Shown: positions 61,953-64,000 of the stretch, in pieces
Layout of the letters: each line of letters opens with the position of its first letter
Numbering within the stretch: the stretch's first letter is position 1
From: Ginglymostoma cirratum
Taxonomy: Eukaryota
Assembly (NCBI GenBank): GCA_024137785.1
Contig: JAHRHZ010000022.1
Span: forward strand, 27,890,377 to 27,954,376
Direction: 5' to 3'
Length of the DNA stretch: 64,000 nt
The notes under the pieces: model-generated
The model's input: only the letters and a program-made list of their open reading frames with translations
Told to the model about the DNA's origin: nothing
Database searches by the model: none
Made by a program: the position numbers and the translations under genes

Positions 61953-63915
61953 TTTTTATTTCCGGATCATTATTATGATACTTGTGAGACCTTGCTGGGG
62001 ACACATAACGTGTTGCATTTCTGTATCACAAATATGACTGCACTTCAGAAAAAGTAGTTAATTGATAGTAAAGTGCTCGAGGTGAACTTGTGATTGTCGA
62101 TTGAATTTAGAAAATTGGGGAAAATGTGTACTGGGTAAAATAAATCATGTTACTAATAAATTTGCTGATAATTCCTGCTGTTGTGTTGAACCAAGTGCAG
62201 CTTGGTTTGTGCTGCTTACCATTGAGGAGGTAATAGGTTGGTATGGCATAGGTGCAGTTACTTTTTCTCCTAATTCCACACCATATGAACAGCAGAATTT
62301 TCAGCATTTTGCCTGAAAGCCAGGTTTCCCCTGGTTTGGTCTTTAACATTCCATAACTGACTCCACCTTGGGGCGTAGCAAGCATAGGAAATGTACAGTA
62401 AAAACTGCAGAAGGGAACTGGGAAGAAACGTCTCTGGCTGCAAATCTGCATGCTGAAAATGTTTGCATGTTACTGTGGTTGTTCTCCGCCTTAGATTTGT
62501 GTTGTTGCCTTGCTTTGATTCTGATTGGCTAAAGTTGTTCCATCTGCCTTTGATTTAGACAAAATACATAGGAAGTTGCTAGACTTCTCAAGTTAACCCA
62601 GCTTTGCCTTGGGCCCCTACTACAGGAGGATTTGGCAAACAGTGCTCTTTTGTAGCTGTAAAATGACACCACACTTTTCCTCCATTTTCTTATGAAGCTT
62701 GCAGAGTGGGAAAGAAACAAAAGTTGGAACAGGCTTCCACCAAAATCTTTCAAACTGCTTTCCTATTTTAAGCACCCCACCCCTGCCATCCCAAATATTG
62801 GCTCCTACTCAGGTTAGTTATGGACTGGGCACTTCTAGATTTTTTGATTTTCAAAAGTGTATAGTCTTTGGCAAGTGTGTAAAAACTTGAAACGTAGCTG
62901 AAGTTCATCCCTAAAATAGTACCCCAGGAAATCTGTAACAGCTGCTAATTAGTAGACCATTTCCAATCATTTAAACTTTAGTTGAATAGTTGGAGTTTGA
63001 ACTCTTTTATTTAAAGGAACTGGGGGAGGTGCACTGCAAGAATCATGTAGAGATATAGTTAGCTGTAGCAGAGAAATGTGTTTCTGGTGAATATATCTGA
63101 CTTGTGCAATAGTGAATATGGAAATGGGTAACAATAGTAAAGCTTTATATGCTACACTACAATGCTTATTTGGTGATCATTTGAAACCTGATAGCTTTTA
63201 GTAGATAAGTTTTGTGTGTTATAATTCTTTGAGATGTGCCTTGAACATGCAACAAAAGCAAGAACCTGTCTCTTGGCCTCAAAGGATTGAATTGTTATCA
63301 GCAACTGAAAAAACAGATGAAATGGTCGCATGACTATCAAATCCAGAGATTAAATGTGACTTTTTTTGTATTAGTGTGTCAGAAACATGACCTCCTGCAT
63401 TCCTGTCATTTTACTTTGACATCCCTGCTCCCAGGCTCTTCTGGTCAGCCCCAGCTTCTAGATTGTCTTTCCTTCTCACTGAAACCAGGGTCTCTACCCA
63501 CCACTGAAACCCAGTTCAAAATTGTGTGTGCTTTCCTGTGCATATGCAGTAATGCATTTTCGTCTGATGTAGACTTCTACAAGTGACATGATGGCATCAG
63601 TGTTTGCAACTGTGTATTCCCGATTGAGTGCTCATGCATAGTTGTATACAGTTGTTGGTGTCAGCAGGCACTGCCTTTATTAAACTTGCCTTATGACCCA
63701 TTGCCAGATTCAAGGTAGCCTGCTCCCTGTTTTGTTCAATGCTGTATTGATGTAGAAAACTATACCTAATGTGCTCTGAATTTGTTGTGAAAGCTACTCT
63801 TTCCAATTTGATCAACCTTAAAATCACTAGTGCTCATGTATTTAGGCTGTGTTGGGTAGATATTTTCTAAACAACATCTTCAGAGATGTAATTACATGTC
63901 TCTTAAGGAAGTGAT

Positions 63916-63975
63916 ACTTCAACCTGAGCCTCCTAGTCTAGAGCTAGGGACACTACCATTGTGCCGCAAGTCCTC
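63916..63975 (-). mobile_element. Head of a ~110-bp tRNA-derived SINE
   Basis: Reverse reads gaggacttgcggcacaatggtagtgtccctagctctagactaggaggctcaggttgaagt. Confidence 0.6.
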
Positions 63976-64000
63976 AAATCAAACAGACTCAGCAACTAGT

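Larger units (their letters stand above)
61228..62080 (+). mobile_element. Deu-domain SINE split by the 61370-61952 insertion
   Basis: Head gtggtttcaaaccccact at ~61240; tail tgtgagaccttgctg..atgactgcacttcagaaaaagtagttaattg..aaagtgct at 61960-62080. Confidence 0.55.

Overview
This is vertebrate genomic DNA, almost certainly from a cartilaginous fish (shark), judged by HE1-type V-SINEs, Deu-domain SINEs and shark-type CR1 and Penelope repeats. The window lies in the large 5' introns of a plus-strand GW182-family gene, most likely TNRC6A. Two coding exons are recognisable: a 91-nt exon (44282-44372, ..DRVQEKEEQLMEERKKRKDDKKKKEAALKK) and a 22-nt micro-exon (46629-46650, AIEQKNK). The rest is intron, much of it decayed, often nested transposons (two CR1-group LINE families, RTE, L2, several SINEs, a Tigger/pogo relic and MITE, a probable solo LTR). 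The other ORF-track entries are chance ORFs or transposon remnants. The most notable signals: (1) about 11 Penelope-like (PLE) fragments, many of them ~100-130 bp units that start at a hammerhead-ribozyme core (CUGANGA..GAAA), four with 12-16 bp target duplications, one with an intact core in the sense strand of the pre-mRNA; (2) a CR1-group LINE that appears to begin with a tRNA-like head and to lack ORF1, plus a SINE made of that LINE's two ends; (3) a headless non-autonomous repeat family with a variable GC-rich middle. Repeat family names come from recognition by eye, not from a database search, and boundaries are approximate (tens of bp).
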